A stretch of 61,002 nt of DNA, the filler included, from Aduncisulcus paluster (taxonomy: Eukaryota), in the NCBI GenBank assembly GCA_024181965.1. It is 3 parts of 3 records of this genome, joined end to end, with 100 filler letters (N's around TTAATTAATTAA, not from the genome) between each part and the next. Parts side by side here need not be neighbours in the genome. Positions count along the whole stretch, not along the records: positions 1 to 29,748 come from BQXS01013859.1; positions 29,849 to 47,344 come from BQXS01013865.1; 1 more part is not named here. One strand, 5' to 3'. A model generated the notes under the pieces. The model worked only from the letters and a program-made list of their open reading frames with translations, made no database searches and was not told where the DNA came from. Numbering within the stretch: position 1 is the stretch's first letter; each line of letters starts with the position of its first letter. Made by a program: the position numbers and the translations under genes. This document shows positions 21,301 through 33,995 of the stretch, piece by piece.

Positions 21301-24300
21301 AAGTATACCCGAATGAAGAAAGAAGGGAACTATGACACAACTTCCATGTATAACTCTTTCCCGCCGCACACTCGTACAGCTCCTATTCTCACTCAACCTT
21401 ATGCATTCTCCTGTGTTTCTGCTGGTACTCGTGAATATACCTCTTTTCCATTGTTGCTTGCAGCTGCTCTTCATCACGAGGATAGTATTCTCCCCCTTCT
21501 TTCATTCATAACACTCCAATTATCCGTATTTCATGATTATATCCATGGGTATTCGAATTTGCTAACTTTGTTGAATCACTTAAGATGCCCATCTCAATCC
21601 TTGTCCTCAAATTCTGCCATTTCCACTGAATCTCGGGAAGACTTTGAAACTGGTGACCATAGAAGGTGGAGATTCACCCATTTATTAAAGAAACCTCTCA
21701 AGTCTGAATGGTTCAAATACAACCCTAAACTAAAGGAGAAGATCCAAGGGGATGTATTTTCTTCTGGATACATTTATTCTCAGCCACCTTTGTTATCGCA
21801 TGAACTCATTCACCACATCTCTCTTCCATTCAAAATATTATGCGATCAAGTGGAAATGCCAAGGCGTATCTCTTTTGAGCACCATTGTTTGTTACAAAAG
21901 CTTGAGCTGTGTGCTCGTGATCAGCTTCAGATCAGAACAGATCGGATGCTTCGTTTTTCATCTGATGCGCAGATTGATACTTCTGCAAACAATCTCACGC
22001 GATCTCAGAAGGAATTCATGAATGGAATTATCAACAGACATTATGGAATTTCTCACATTGGTAATGATCATCCTCCCACTGGGTTTCCTTCTACATCAGC
22101 TCCTAATCATCAAACTTCTGTTAGTTTGGAAGCTGAAACCAAGCCTCAAGCCATGTTTAGTTCAGTTTCTCAAAGAGGTGCCTCCTTTTTCGATCTGTTG
22201 CAAGAGGGATGTTTAGATCATTCTTATTATGGAATCTCTGATTTATTGACGATTTGGCTTTTCAATGAAGTGCAACATTTCTCATTAATCCATTATTACC
22301 TTGCATCAATGGCTCTATCTCATTCATATACTCTTCCTTTTGAAGCTCATGTTGTGAAAGTAATGAATTTACAACGGTTTATCCGACTTCAGTCATGTTT
22401 GGCAAATGCAAGGAAAGCTCTTTCATTGGGTATTGGCGAGCGAATTTCGACTAATTATGATGATTCGGAAGGATTTATGCTGATGTCATCATGTGTTGAT
22501 AGTCTTTTCAATCTTCTTCGAGAACATCGTCAATTGTGTGGGCAAGGATCTAGAGATGTTGACACCCTTGAGAATGGAATATGGGGAAGTCTTGGTGTGG
22601 CTAATTCACAGAGAAACCAAAATATTTTTGCTATTAGTGAACTTTTATGTCGGGAAGGAAGGCTTGGAGAGTTTATTAATTTGGGAATCATTTATGAAGA
22701 TGAGATGAAAGAGAGGAGAAGAGAAGCTAGAAATGCTCAAATTATCCAGCAATTGGATTCTTTTGGGGTGGATACCAATATATATCAAAGGGGAATTGTT
22801 GGATGTGGAAGCATTTCTTCTTTCATTAGAGGAGGGAAATTGATTGAAAGAAATTTTCAGAACACTCAATTCGAGGAAAGAAATATCGAGGAACAATGGT
22901 GGAAAATACAATTGGAAGATGAAACCATTCTGAAAAAACAACAACCAAAAACTCCTTTTATTGAACACAATTCGAACACAATTCCTAATTCTCCTGTGTT
23001 TATTGTTGATTCTTTGAAATCTCCAGCAAATTTTGAAGGGAGAAATATGAGAATTTGTGGGAAAGACTCAGTATCTCATGGCAAAATTGATTTTCCGAAT
23101 TATATCATCCAATTTCCTCATAATTCTATTTTTAGATTAGCTTCATTTCATGACGCATTGGGCAAACCTTCCTTTTGGATTTTGTTTATTCTTTCTGCTT
23201 CTTTCATTATTATTCTATCATTTTTATTCTGGAAATGTGTCGCATTATTTATTGTTGTTCTGAAGAGTATTAATTTACAAACTCTTATCCAAGAACGAAA
23301 TGTGTTGTTATCCAAGACTTTGGCTCTTGCCCATTATGATGCAACTCTGAATGAATTTGGAATTGAGCTGAATAATGTATCCCTTCTTGTGCAACTAGCC
23401 ATTGCTTCTCGAATATCCCATGAGAAGACAATTGATCTGATTAATGAAGTTAAGTCTCTTCATGTTGTCAAAAAGCATCCAACTGTGTATTTTAGTCTGG
23501 AAAAGCTAGATATGGTACTCCAGACTGGTTTTATTATCCCTTCCAAATCAACCCACCTCAATCACCGAAGTCGTATGTATGATGGCCGAATGAAAGAATC
23601 CAACAGTGGTGTTTCTGATGAACCGTTCTATTATTCCCCTACTCGAGCTCCCTTCTTGAGTGTGTTTGAAGACAGAAGGAAACTGTTGTCTTCTGAACAG
23701 GCTTCAGCCAGATTCCTAGCTGATCCAAGTCTCCTTTCATCCTCAAAGGTTATTTCTGTCTTGAATGGACTTGTTGAGGCTGCCCATATTCGACCTGGAC
23801 AAATAGAACATCTATCTCAGCTTCTTATCCACCATTCTCTTCGCTCTTCATTTGATCAGTTAAGTCTCTTCATGTTGTCAAAAAGCATCCAACTGTGTAT
23901 TTTAGTCTGGAAAAGCTAGATATGGTACTCCAGACTGGTTTTATTATCCCTTCCAAATCAACCCACCTCAATCACCGAAGTCGTATGTATGATGGCCGAA
24001 TGAAAGAATCCAACAGTGGTGTTTCTGATGAACCGTTCTATTATTCCCCTACTCGAGCTCCCTTCTTGAGTGTGTTTGAAGACAGAAGGAAACTGTTGTC
24101 TTCTGAACAGGCTTCAGCCAGATTCCTAGCTGATCCAAGTCTCCTTTCATCCTCAAAGGTTATTTCTGTCTTGAATGGACTTGTTGAGGCTGCCCATATT
24201 CGACCTGGACAAATAGAACATCTATCTCAGCTTCTTATCCACCATTCTCTTCGCTCTTCATTTGATCCAAGTGCACTTTCAAAGGTCTTGTCTCCAAGAT

Positions 24301-27300
24301 CTTCTGTGAATAATTCAGTACTCTCAAGTGGATCCAAGGAATATCATATGCAATCACTATTTCCAACTCCTCTTGCGACGAGTTCTATGTATGATCAGGC
24401 AATTCCGCATACTGCACTGAAGGAATCTCTCTTGAATTTATCCTCAAAGCATGATGAAGAGATTGCAAGGGTTCTTCCTGGACTGATGGGTAATACTTTC
24501 TTGGAAAACCCACTTGTTGTCCGTCATCTCCTTCAGTTTGAAGGATATTTGGCCGAAGAGATTGTTGTTGAATCTGTGATGTTTCTTTATGCATGGGTTA
24601 ATCTTTCTTCAACCGTGATATGTGCTCTGAGTTGTGTTGTCATTCTTATTCATCTCATATTTTTAGCTAATTTTCAAGAAATGATGAATCAATATGTGTA
24701 TAATCTCAAAGTTAAATCACCATCCTGTCTCAATGGTGTATCTGTTCTCTCCCGCATTGAGAATGAAATTTATAGTAGTTGTATTCTTCATAATATCCTC
24801 CCTCTTGATGCTGAATGCCAATTTGAAGTTCGCAATGGAAGTTATTTGGTGTTAAATCTCTCATCATTGTCGGCCAGTACCGTAGAATTCATTAAAGATT
24901 GTGCACTGTGGCGAGGAAATCGATGCTCGATTATGCTTATTGATAAGGCTCAGTGGGATGGAAATAATATTTTTCGAAACATTTTTTCTGCGCATTGGAA
25001 AGATTCTGAACAAATATTACCAATTACAGGTATTCGTGACCACTATCGTGTTTTCGATGATAAGACGTCTGGAACTTCCTCTCGCCTTTCACTTGCCACT
25101 GGTAAGGATATTGATTCAGAATATGAAGAAGAAGAAGGAGAAGAAGAAGCTTGTCAAGGAAGGAGTTATGATTCTTTTGGAGATTATGATCTTGTGAAAG
25201 CATGGAAAAAATGGAAACTCTCTGAAAGTGAGAAAGCTATTCGACAGGAGAAATATTTTAATAATAATCAAAAATCAAGAAAGAATGAATTAGTTGACTT
25301 CTCTCTTCAAAAAACAGATAATAATCACCGCCAATCTGTTGTTAAAGCTCATGATTCCCCACCTGATCGTCCAAATTATGATGTAATTTCTTATCCTTTT
25401 TCTGTGTTCATGGGGGATGACAAGATGTGGAGAAACCAATTGATGAAATATTTTAAAATATTCCTTATTGTGAGGATATTTTCCATTTTGATTTTCATGT
25501 TTGATAGCCATTTGAATACCACAGTGATCTCATTAGTGAATTTTTTGGCAATACGGCTTGTTGGAAATGTGAAGGCTATGTCCATCATGATTCTCCAAGC
25601 ATTAACGTTTTCAAATGGTATCCATGATGTTGTCCATTTTACTTCTCTCCATCATGATCTCCAAAGTCCTGAGGTGTCTTGTTTAGAAACTCAAAACAGA
25701 TTAAAAGGTTTCATGGCCTTCTCTCCTGATGGTATTGCTAGTATGTTCCAACCAATATTAGATTCTTTTGCTACCATCGATGTGTATGATTCACTGTATC
25801 CTTCCTTGCATCAATTACAGGAATCTTCTATTGCCTTAGTCCATGAAACTACCATTGGATTATTCTTATCAGCCCTGAATACTTTTTCGTCTGATCAATC
25901 CCTTGGACATATGTGGAGAAACTCTCATGCTGTGGATCACATTCGATACGCCTTAAATGTCATTGGGCCTTTGACGAATTATGATTTCACTTACATTCAT
26001 CCTGATCTACCTGCCTCTCTTCGAAGGTATTGTACTTCTTCTGATGAGATCAAGCCCACAACTTGGGAAATCAATGAATTATTGGAGGAATTTTACTCTT
26101 CAAATCCTCAATTTGCATACACGTGTCCAATGTTAGACGCAATCCTCAATCCTACAATTAAGCAGAAAAACCTCGAAAAATTCTTTCATAACTCTGTTTT
26201 TATTGAGGCGCTCGAACAATATCGGATGTCTCTTTTGAAAATCACTTCAATGATGGCGTACAAGCTTTATTCTTTCCTTCCTGTTGATATTTCACCCTCA
26301 AGGAATGGTGAAAGTAAGATTGAGGCATTTGTCCGAGTTAAAGAGTGGGATATTGGTCGAAGAACAATGATTTTCAGTGCTTGTGAAGATCCTGATGATT
26401 ATTTTGGATTCTTAAGAAGCGCTTCTGCTCTTCATATCTTCTTATTCATCTCATTTGTCGTCAGTATTGTTGTATGTCGAATATTTGAGAATAAGGTGCT
26501 TGTTTCAATGTCAATAGCTCGAAAGAAGAAACATTTTATGATTTCCCCAATTTCAAAACCATACAGAATTGTTACTTTCATCTTTCATTTTATTGATTAC
26601 TTCGTTTGTGCTCTCATTGTTTGGTTATTAGTATTTTTTATGGCCCGTTTCTTTTTTCTTTACCAAACTCGTGATAAAGTTATTGAAATTCATGATGTAT
26701 TCACAAACATCGATGATCTTGTTTTTCCCATGGTGATTCAAACACCCATTTTGGGGATATTCCAAGAAGATTATCTGACAATTGCACACTCTTTCTTTGA
26801 AGAAATGGTACCTATGTCTGGAATAATATCTTTGATATCCCCTGAGTTGGGACAAGAATTTCTTCGGATATATGATACTGTTAAGCGTGATGATAATTAT
26901 GATTTAAGTGCACTTTCAAAGGTCTTGTCTCCAAGATCTTCTGTGNNNNNNNNNNNNNNNNNNNNCATACAGAATTGTTACTTTCATCTTTCATTTTATT
27001 GATTACTTCGTTTGTGCTCTCATTGTTTGGTTATTAGTATTTTTTATGGCCCGTTTCTTTTTTCTTTACCAAACTCGTGATAAAGTTATTGAAATTCATG
27101 ATGTATTCACAAACATCGATGATCTTGTTTTTCCCATGGTGATTCAAACACCCATTTTGGGGATATTCCAAGAAGATTATCTGACAATTGCACACTCTTT
27201 CTTTGAAGAAATGGTACCTATGTCTGGAATAATATCTTTGATATCCCCTGAGTTGGGACAAGAATTTCTTCGGATATATGATACTGTTAAGCGTGATGAT

Positions 27301-29031
27301 AATTATGATTTGACTTATTCTACTCATTTTAGGGAGATTTTATGTGTTGTATTATTTGGATTCGACTATGAAGTATGTTTATCCGCTGGAATTGATGCAA
27401 CAAACTTGCTTAATTCTCTCACCGAAATGAATGTTGAACCAAATGTCATAAGTATGGAGATAGATAATCTCATGGCGACTCAATTATCAGCACGTGGTGT
27501 CGAAAAAATGAGATTGATCGCTTATTTGTACGAAGGAATGTTTAGAAATGAAGCGTGTTCCTCTATTGCAGCATCTATTCATGATGTCATCTTTCCAACG
27601 AGGGTACAAACACTTCCAAGGATATACAATACTCTTGAATGGGATTCTCCTCTATTCACTTGGGAGATTCTACAAACTTATCGTTATATTCCCCAGAATT
27701 CCTTCCTTGAACTTGCTGATGCTCGGGCTGATGCTGAAATAATGCGTAATCGGTTGATAAATGATGGATTATTGAATGAAAACACAAGTGATCTATCTAT
27801 TAATATCGATTTGGAGAAATATCTTCCGGATCAAACGTATAATCGTCTCGAAAGTTGTGTTAATCAGAGTGGATATGATTATTTCATGGGTCGATTTTCG
27901 AAATCATTCCGTTTCGTTGCAAAAGAAATGAATGCCCGAGCTGAGAAAGTTATATTTCCTTTGGTTATGATCCGAGAAATGTTCCATGTGATTCCGATAA
28001 CAATTGTTTATTGTGGTTTTTTTGCTGCCAGCATTTCTTTGCTATATTCTTTAGTTTTGAAGTCTTCCATAAAGAATTCTATCGAACATACTCCTTCTAA
28101 ACAGAAAAACCGATATTCTTTGTGTGCTTATACAATGCTTCTCGTGATATTCTGTGAATATGTTTTTATCGGACCAATAATGTCATATGCCGGACACATT
28201 GTCAAAGGCCACTCAAGTCACACTGAACTTGTGACTCAGGTTGCTGTTGATACTCATACAGCCATGGCTTCTGCTTCTGTTCTTGTTCGTACCCCTTCAT
28301 TCATTGCAATTCCTTTCCAAGATCAAGATGCTGCCGAGATTCAATATATGTCAACTTCTTATCCTAAATATGCTGTCCAAGGTTTTGAATTAGTGGCAAG
28401 ATCTCTATCATTCGTGGATCCTTCGTCATACCTTCAAAGTCCAAACAAACCTTCTCATTATTCTCATTGCGATTTTGGAATTCTCTCCATTCCATCTTCT
28501 GATTTTGAGGCGAATGCAATAACAGTGCAGGGTACTTTCACTGGATTTGATCCTTCCTCTGTATTTTCTGAACTCGATTCACTCCAATATCAGAAGAATC
28601 TTCCTTTATCACTGTTATCTGAATATGATCTCTATCTATTTCAAATTGCTTTAATCTCAAATGGTGGAGCATCTTATTCCACTGACTTAAATGTGGATTC
28701 TTTCCCCATTATTTCCCAAATTTTCTCAAATTCTTTGTTCACTGATCAATATATACTCAGTGAAGGAAACAAAGATGCAATTCTTTCTCATCGCATGAAG
28801 GCTTTTTCAGAGTTTATGCTTCATGCTGATATGTTTTCAACAGGAACATCTTCCAATGTGTTGGATGGAATCGGGAGAGGTTTTATCCGCACTTTACTTT
28901 TTGCTATTGTATCTTCTTTAGTCATTTTATTAATTTCGTCTCTTATTACAATTGCATTCATTTTGAAAAATCGAAGATTTCTCGTTCTTTATAAGGGAAT
29001 TGCTGGATCCCAAAAGCATCTAAAACAATGA
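12383..29031 (+). CDS. Giant multi-pass membrane protein (~5,152 aa reconstructed) with an N-terminal S1/OB-like region; split into 4 ORFs by duplications
   Basis: Removing inserts of 374, 410 and 406 bp puts ORFs 12383, 17149, 23895 and 26908 in one frame (15,459 nt). Many hydrophobic TM segments. The N-terminus resembles Rrp5 S1 repeat 1. Confidence 0.8.
16802..17549. repeat. Perfect 374 bp tandem duplication causing a frameshift
   Basis: 16802-17175 = 17176-17549; identical antisense ORFs at 16858 and 17232. Confidence 0.92.
23448..24267. repeat. Perfect 410 bp tandem duplication causing a frameshift
   Basis: 23448-23857 = 23858-24267. Confidence 0.92.
26560..27311. repeat. 346 bp duplication around a 20-N gap, plus a stray ~40 bp copy of 24269-24308 at 26906-26945
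   Basis: 26560-26905 = 26966-27311; the intervening AAGTGCACTTTCAAAGGTC...CTGTG is identical to sequence 2.6 kb upstream. Confidence 0.9.
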
Positions 29032-29037
29032 CGTAAC

Positions 29038-29187
<150 letters not shown>

Positions 29188-29591
29188 CTTGTTTTGTTTG
29201 TTTTGTTTACTACTACTTTACCATTTCATTTATATTATTTATAATTTTGACCATATTCATGGCATTTGTGACATGACTTTAATCGTATTTTGTCAACTTC
29301 TCTTTTGAACCATTAGCTGTACCTGAGTCATCTGCATTGCAGATTTTGCAACAAAAATTGACTCAATGTATGTCAAAAATGTGGTTGACAGGATTCTGTT
29401 AGTTTATCTGGGATTTATGTCCGTGAACAAATTTATTAAAATAAAAGCGCAAAATCTCTTTACAATAATTTTTGGATCTCCCAGAAATGGAAGTCAAAAA
29501 AGTATTAATCTCTGCAAGGTGGCGACAATAATTAATTCGAATTATATTAATATAAAAATTAATATAATTANNNNNNNNNNNNNNNNNNNNT

Positions 29592-29748
29592 GCCACGGGT
29601 AGTATGTGGAGATACATTGATACTGTTCATAGCATATTACAACAACTTATTGATGATACTACTTCCGTTTTCTTGGGACTTGATATTAGGGTGGCTGTTA
29701 TTGCTTATAGAGACTTCGATTGTAAAGATATAATACAAATTCAATTAT
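29592..29748 (+). CDS. von Willebrand factor A (vWA) domain fragment, truncated by gaps on both sides
   Basis: ATGSMWRYIDTV...DIRVAVIAYRDFD fits the DxTGSM MIDAS-variant and VAYRD motifs of vwkA/hemicentin-type vWA domains. Confidence 0.75.
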
Positions 29749-29848
29749 NNNNNNNNNNNNNNNNNNNNNNNNNNNNNNNNNNNNNNNNNNNNTTAATTAA
29801 TTAANNNNNNNNNNNNNNNNNNNNNNNNNNNNNNNNNNNNNNNNNNNN
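29749..29848. other. Artificial contig linker N44-TTAATTAATTAA-N44
   Basis: Exactly 100 nt; the 12-mer carries stops in all six frames. Confidence 0.97.
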
Positions 29849-30560
29849 GGAGGGACAAATGTTGCTTGTGAACTCCTCTCATGATGTCTTGTTGACGTTC
29901 AGAACTGCCAGGAATGGTACACCAAAATTCCAGAGCGGTATCCTGATATGAATGTGGATTGGAGAGCTGAGTGAGGAAGTAAAATGATGGATCCAAGATT
30001 CTAATCGATGAAATCACTGATATAATACAGAGAAGATAAGGTAAATGGTGAGATGATGATGAAAGAACGAGAAAGCTATCTGACGAGTGAAACTGATCAA
30101 CATATTCGGTTCCAAAGAGTATGTGACTCAACTTTGGATGCGACAATGTTGATTCTGCCCAAGACAAGGTTTCATTTACAATAATCTCTGCCATCATCAA
30201 ATGATCTTTCTTAGAGAGAAAATGCCTGACTTTTTCAAATGTATTCACTATATGTTTGACTATTTGTTGTGTAATATGAAAATTAATAAAAATATTTGCT
30301 TCAGGTCGCGTAATTACCTTACGTAGAACCTTTTCTTCAATAATATCATGATAGCGATTTAAAAATGCAATCAATTCTTTTAAATTTGATAAAAAAGCTG
30401 TTAAATGTAATGATTTGTGAATAATATCAGCATAAGATGATTCTAATTCCACTGAAAAAGAAGCGGGATTTAATATGCGATCTATTTCATAATTTGATGG
30501 GAGCCCAAGACGCTCAGAAAATAATAATTTTGGTTTTTGTGACAAAATAGAATCACTCAT
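29849..30560 (-). CDS. Hypothetical helical protein, 3' truncated by the contig end
   Basis: ATG at 30560, open to the linker; divergent from the 30889 gene. Confidence 0.7.
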
Positions 30561-30888
30561 CTTTATAGAGAGCGAAATTACAAAAATGAACTTGTCGTCG
30601 GAAGTAAATATATTAATGAATTCATAACTGTAGCAATTAATTCAAACAATACTGGAAATGGAATTTTATATTTCAATTATAATATTATAATCATATTCCC
30701 AAAGATAAGAATATTGGATGTTGTAGGGCTCAATAAAACGGGGGTAAATATGATTAGATATTTGAATATTAATAATGATATTTACTAATTTTTAATAATT
30801 TTACGGACATCTTGATTTACTCTTAAATGCTTTCGCTATCAAAGACTTTATTTAATTCCTTTCTTTTGGCGTTGTTGACTGCAAATTA

Positions 30889-33521
30889 ATGTCTAGAACC
30901 TCCGATAGAAGACGTAGTACAAGAGCATCAACACAGAAAATTGTATATAAAGTTGAATTTAACTATAATAAGGATTATGCCAAAGTTCCAGATAAAGAAG
31001 AGTTTGATTTCGCGGGATTGGGCAACAAATATAAAAAAGTATGTCTTAATTTTTTACTGTCGGTTAAAACATTGTAGTAATTACCTCATATTTAAATTCC
31101 TACTTTGATAAATAGGAGAATAATATAAAAAACTTCTTTAAAGGGGAAAAGAAGAAATTTAAGGTGCCAGAAGTCACTCATTTGCAAATTGATCAGACCA
31201 AAATGAAATTATTATCAAATGTATTTGCATATATTCGATATAATCCCAAGTATCATCGATGTGTGTGTCCCTATGATGCTGGAACTTACGATCAGAAATT
31301 TTGCAAAGATCACCACCTTTCTTTGAATGTATTTGAGTGGATTATGTATGTCTTAGACTTCTCTTTCCCCGTAGTCTTCTCCCCTTCGATTCGCGGCAAA
31401 GAAATGTTCGCCATGCTTGTGGAACAACTCAAATATGTTCAAGGTTGTCTTGCATCTGCTGAAATTAAGGATTTTTCACAGGAATATTTCGATGAGAACA
31501 GGCGTGCTATCCATATTAAGCTAGTTGAAGGTGGATGTGTTCTGCGGGAGGCAATGACGATGTTTGCGATTCCTCCTCCACGTCAATTCTATGAATACCT
31601 TGAAAATGGCAAGCTTAATGAAGTTCTTTTCGTTGAAGTCTACGATCATTGGAAGAATCAAAGATTGACTGAAATCCCACCGATTATCTCGAAAACCCCG
31701 CCCCATTATGCCACTTTCAAGACAACCTCAGTGGATAGACAGCTTATTTCGTTCATTAGACCCTTTCCTAGAGCTATGTTTCACTCTTCTTCAAAGGAGA
31801 TCAAGAGTAAGGATAAACCAAGCGATCCATATCGTGTTTTATGGCTGTTAACCTTGACCCATTGTGTTAAAAGGCTCTTAGATGACGAAGAGACGAGATA
31901 TGTACAGGCGCATAGTAGTTTTTGGGGCAAAGTGGAAGAGAAGTATGGTATTTCTGCACATAATATGTCAATTGCTGATTCCATTGACAAAATGAAACAA
32001 ATATTCGGTGAGACAGATGTATACGGCAGTGGGGATCTATTTCCACGCTTTGAAACCTCAAGTAATCGTGGAGCTTTCAGACGGAAACGTGTAAAAGCCA
32101 AAGAAATACCAAACCCTCCTTCTTCCATTAAAAAAGTGCTTAAAACCCCACGTGGAGGTGCTAGAAAGCGTCGTACAAGTGATACGGAACGTTTATTTGA
32201 TGAGAAATACAAGGCTCGAAACATTGAGTTTGATAAACATCCTATTGCAGGTTCCATGATTCCCAGAAGCCTCGTGATATACAGCAAAAACCCGTATGAA
32301 ATGCCATCAAATGCCTTTGAAAGCCCTTCAAGTCCTTCGACCCAAGTCGCTGGTTCCCTTCTCTTCTCATCTTCCTCATCTTCTTCCTCTTCTTCCTCCT
32401 CTTCTTCTTCAGCCTCATCGTCTTCTACTTCTGTTATAAATCCTGCATTGGGTGGACCACTGACCTCTTCTTCTCTTCTTTCTTCACACATTTCTATGAC
32501 TGGTCAACCTGCACAAATAGGAATGGCAAATAACCTCTCTGAAAAACCATCTGTTGAAGTTGTATCCATATCTAATTCTATATTGGCTTCAAAATATCAA
32601 ACACCTCCACGGCCTGCATTTTCTGCCATTCTCTGTTCTGTGCAAGAAGAAGTTGCTGCGGGACTTGCAAGATATGTTGGTGCTGAGCATGTCCCAAGAA
32701 GGATTGATTCGATAACCATTTCGTCCATTTCAAAGGGTCTTTCTTCTTCAAGCTCAGAACACACTTCTCGTAAACCATTATCTTGTACTTTACATAGAGT
32801 TGGAAGGAGACTCCGCACCGGTATGGGACTTATGAGGAGTTCTGAAGACTGGTATTGGGACGTTGGTAGAGAAGAGGAGTGTTTTGATGTGTATCAAGAT
32901 GTAACGCGTTCAAGAATGAATGATATTGCCAAGAAAGAACACAAATTGTCTGGTAGAAAAAATAAGGAAAATGTTTCAAAAAAAGAAGAAGAGGAAGAAG
33001 AAGAAGAAGGAGAAATTGATGAAATAGAAAAGAAGGAAGAGGAGGAAGGAGAAGAAAGAGAAGGAGAAGAAAGAGAAGGAGAAGAAAGAGAAGAGGAAGA
33101 GGAAGAGGAGGAAGAGGAGGAAGGAATAGTTGAAGAAGATGAAGAAGGAGAAGCTGGTAAAGTGACCTCAATACAATCTGTTGAGCCATCAGAGAAAGAT
33201 ATTGACAAATCATTCAATAGTCAACCTATGGTTGGTCAGTATAGTTACAAAATAACTCCTCACATTCCTGCTCGCTCCGTTCTCACTTTCAAGCCCTCTG
33301 TGACAACTAATGGAGTCATCGCCATTCATAGTGATTACAGCTCACTCCAAGAATGTGCCAGACAACAATCAGCAGAGCTTCATGCAAGTGACGTATTTAG
33401 AAGTATCGGTCTGGCACCGGTGCAGTCTTCCTCTGAACCTATTTATAGAACAATTGAGGATGAAAGCATAGAACTCCAACAAAACTCCCTGTCTTCTTCT
33501 CTCAGAGATAGTTTGATATGA
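30889..33521 (+). CDS. Hypothetical nuclear-like protein (~851 aa) with Ser- and Glu-rich tracts; exons 30889-31038 and 31116-33521
   Basis: A phase 0 GTATGT..AG intron joins the 30889 ORF in frame to the 31164 ORF; basic NLS-like clusters FRRKRVK and ARKRR. Confidence 0.8.
31039..31115 (+). other. Spliceosomal intron (77 nt, phase 0)
   Basis: GTATGT donor, AATAG acceptor, in-frame stops inside; removal restores the frame. Confidence 0.82.
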
Positions 33522-33995
33522 GTTGTATATTGTCATATTCCAGCAACAATTCTCACATATACAGTTCTCCTTTTTTATTTATTATTTTAGATATAAATTT
33601 ATAAAACACATAGTCAATATGCATATTGAAGTTTCTCACATTTGATATCTATTTATAGATTAGATTTTATCATATACTTCATCTCTCTCAACAAGTCTTG
33701 AAATATCTCGATTTTGGTTGTTGACAGACTGAGTGAATGAGGCCGTTGGGAAAAAGATACCAGTATGTTTTAACATGGTCTTTTATAACTTATAAATAAG
33801 GTTCAAACTTTTCTCAATCTTCATTCTTCTCAGGTGAGACTATAAATAGAATTATTTTGTCTAACGTTTGACTCTACTGACGTCTGATCCAAAGCTTTCA
33901 AATATAATAAATTGGCTACTACAATGTAGAGACTTTAACCAAAATATATCTATATTTTGATATTATTTATCTTAACTATAGTCTATAGAATAGCA

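Noticed and set aside
29793..29804. TTAATTAATTAA as a piggyBac TTAA site or regulatory palindrome
   Set aside because: It is centred in symmetric N runs and repeated at 47389, so it is a synthetic linker
32365..33150. Poly-Ser/poly-Glu repeats and long antisense ORFs (31781-32491, 32830-33217)
   Set aside because: Ordinary coding microsatellites that suppress stops on the opposite strand
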